Source: Candidatus Thorarchaeota archaeon (lineage in GTDB: Archaea > Asgardarchaeota > Thorarchaeia > Thorarchaeales > Thorarchaeaceae). From it: a DNA stretch of 15,293 bases. The notes beneath the pieces were generated by a model that did not search any database, had not been told where the DNA came from, and saw only the letters and a list, made by a program, of their open reading frames with translations. The position numbers and the translations under genes are program-made. The number at the start of each line of letters is the position of its first letter. Within the stretch, counting starts at the first letter, position 1. Below are positions 14,189 to 15,293 of the stretch, in pieces. Where the stretch lies: contig JAWAQK010000054.1 in assembly GCA_038893995.1 (NCBI GenBank), positions 1 through 15,293 of the forward strand, given 5' to 3'.

Positions 14189-15292
14189 TCATAGATTTCC
14201 TATTCTTCTCTCGAGTATGTCGGCTATCCTTACCGATGCGTCACCGGAACCGAAGGGACACCGACGAGGTGCCCCATCCCAAGTCCTGATCCCCTCCTCT
14301 ACCCCTTGGCGGATTCCCGCTGGGTCAACGCCAACAACGACGGCATGGCCGGACTCCACTGCCTCTGGTCGCTCGGTTGACGTGCGTAGTACAAAGACTC
14401 TCTTGTTTATCGACGGGGCTGTCACTTCCTCCTGTATTCCGCCCGAGTCCGTGAGCACAAAGGAGCATCCTGCGAGCAACGATAGGAAGTCAAGGTAGCC
14501 TGGAGGTTCTATGAGCGTCATCTTGTCTGTTTTCTGAATCCTATCCATCAGGCCAAATCGAGTAAGACGGTCCCGCGTCCTCGGATGTACCGGGAAGACT
14601 ATGTGTCTCCCAATGCTCAGAACCCCCTCGAGAATGCCTGCAAGTGTGTCCTTGTCATCCACATTCTCAGCACGATGTAGAGTCATCAGCATGAAATCAT
14701 TGAGTCCGAGTTCGCTGACGATCCTGCTCTGTCCGGTCATCCTCCGAAGCGCATCCTCAATGGCATCGATAACCGTATTGCCTGTCACGAAGATCTCCCC
14801 CCAGACGTCCTCTCGACGGAGTGTTTCCGCTGCCCTCTCAGTAGGTGCAAACAAGTAGTCTGAGATATGATCAGTCAGTCTGCGGTTGTGTTCCTCCGGC
14901 ATCCTCCTATCGTAGCTCCTTAGACCTGCCTCTATGTGCCCGATGGGAATTCTCAACTTCGCAGCAGCAAGCGCCGCTGAGAGTGTGGTGTTCGTGTCCC
15001 CTTGTACGAGCACTACGTCAGGTCTAGTCCTGATCAGTTCTTTCTCGATGCCCACCATCGCCTTTGCTGTCTGTTCGGCATGCGTGCCAGAGCCTACGTC
15101 GAGAGTAATGTCTGGTCTCTTCAGTCTCATGTCGTGGAAGAACTTCTCGCTCAGCTCCTCGGAGTAGTGCTGCCCTGTGTGAAGGAGGCAGTACTCCACG
15201 CCTCTCCTCTCAAACTCATGAATCACCGGAGCAAGCTTGATGATCTCCGGTCGAGTCCCGAGCACTATGAACGGACGCGTATCAGTGTCCTC
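14189..15292 (-). CDS. wecB: UDP-N-acetylglucosamine 2-epimerase (non-hydrolysing), 5'-truncated by the window edge
   Basis: GTRPEIIK, HTGQHY, VQGDTNT, HIEAGLRS, HRAEN, DSGGIQEE and TERPE motifs. Frame stays open to the window end (EDTDTRPFIV). Confidence 0.96.
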   Translation of the reverse strand, partial: EDTDTRPFIVLGTRPEIIKLAPVIHEFERRGVEYCLLHTGQHYSEELSEKFFHDMRLKRPDITLDVGSGTHAEQTAKAMVGIEKELIRTRPDVVLVQGDTNTTLSAALAAAKLRIPIGHIEAGLRSYDRRMPEEHNRRLTDHISDYLFAPTERAAETLRREDVWGEIFVTGNTVIDAIEDALRRMTGQSRIVSELGLNDFMLMTLHRAENVDDKDTLAGILEGVLSIGRHIVFPVHPRTRDRLTRFGLMDRIQKTDKMTLIEPPGYLDFLSLLAGCSFVLTDSGGIQEEVTAPSINKRVFVLRTSTERPEAVESGHAVVVGVDPAGIRQGVEEGIRTWDGAPRRCPFGSGDASVRIADILERRIGNL

Positions 15293-15293
15293 C

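Noticed and set aside
14076-14192. 39-aa N-terminal 'tail' on the histone in the 95-aa ORF call
   Set aside because: This stretch contains the TATA box and SD for ATG 14075, so it is promoter/UTR rather than a eukaryote-like histone tail.
1-15293. CRISPR array, transposase or integrase
   Set aside because: No regularly spaced direct repeats and no recombinase or transposase motifs in any ORF.

Overview
Archaeal chromosomal window, most likely Asgard archaea and plausibly Thorarchaeota. This is inferred from a Snf7/ESCRT-III gene, TATA-type promoters and archaeal-type PGI/PMI and IMPase, not from a database search. Genes in order: 5'-truncated DppB/OppB permease; a circularly permuted, C-terminally anchored peptide-binding protein; a presenilin-like GxGD intramembrane protease followed by a single-anchor membrane protein; PGI/PMI; a Cys-motif ATC-hydrolase/V4R-like protein; a HAD phosphatase; a 2-TM protein; an IMPase-family gene divergent from a stand-alone Snf7 (Vps20/32/60-like) gene coupled to a SerB-like HAD; a ThrC-like enzyme; an AIR-synthase/HypE-like protein; SurE; a 56-aa alpha3-truncated histone; and a 5'-truncated UDP-GlcNAc 2-epimerase. 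The most unexplained signal is non-coding. Four intergenic segments (7353-7482, 7643-7707, 7767-7829, 11871-11981) have base-pairing ends and each begins about 25-33 bp downstream of a TATA-like box. The three clustered ones carry CU-rich, anti-Shine-Dalgarno-like motifs, suggesting an unannotated set of small RNAs. No rRNA, tRNA, CRISPR array or transposase was recognised.
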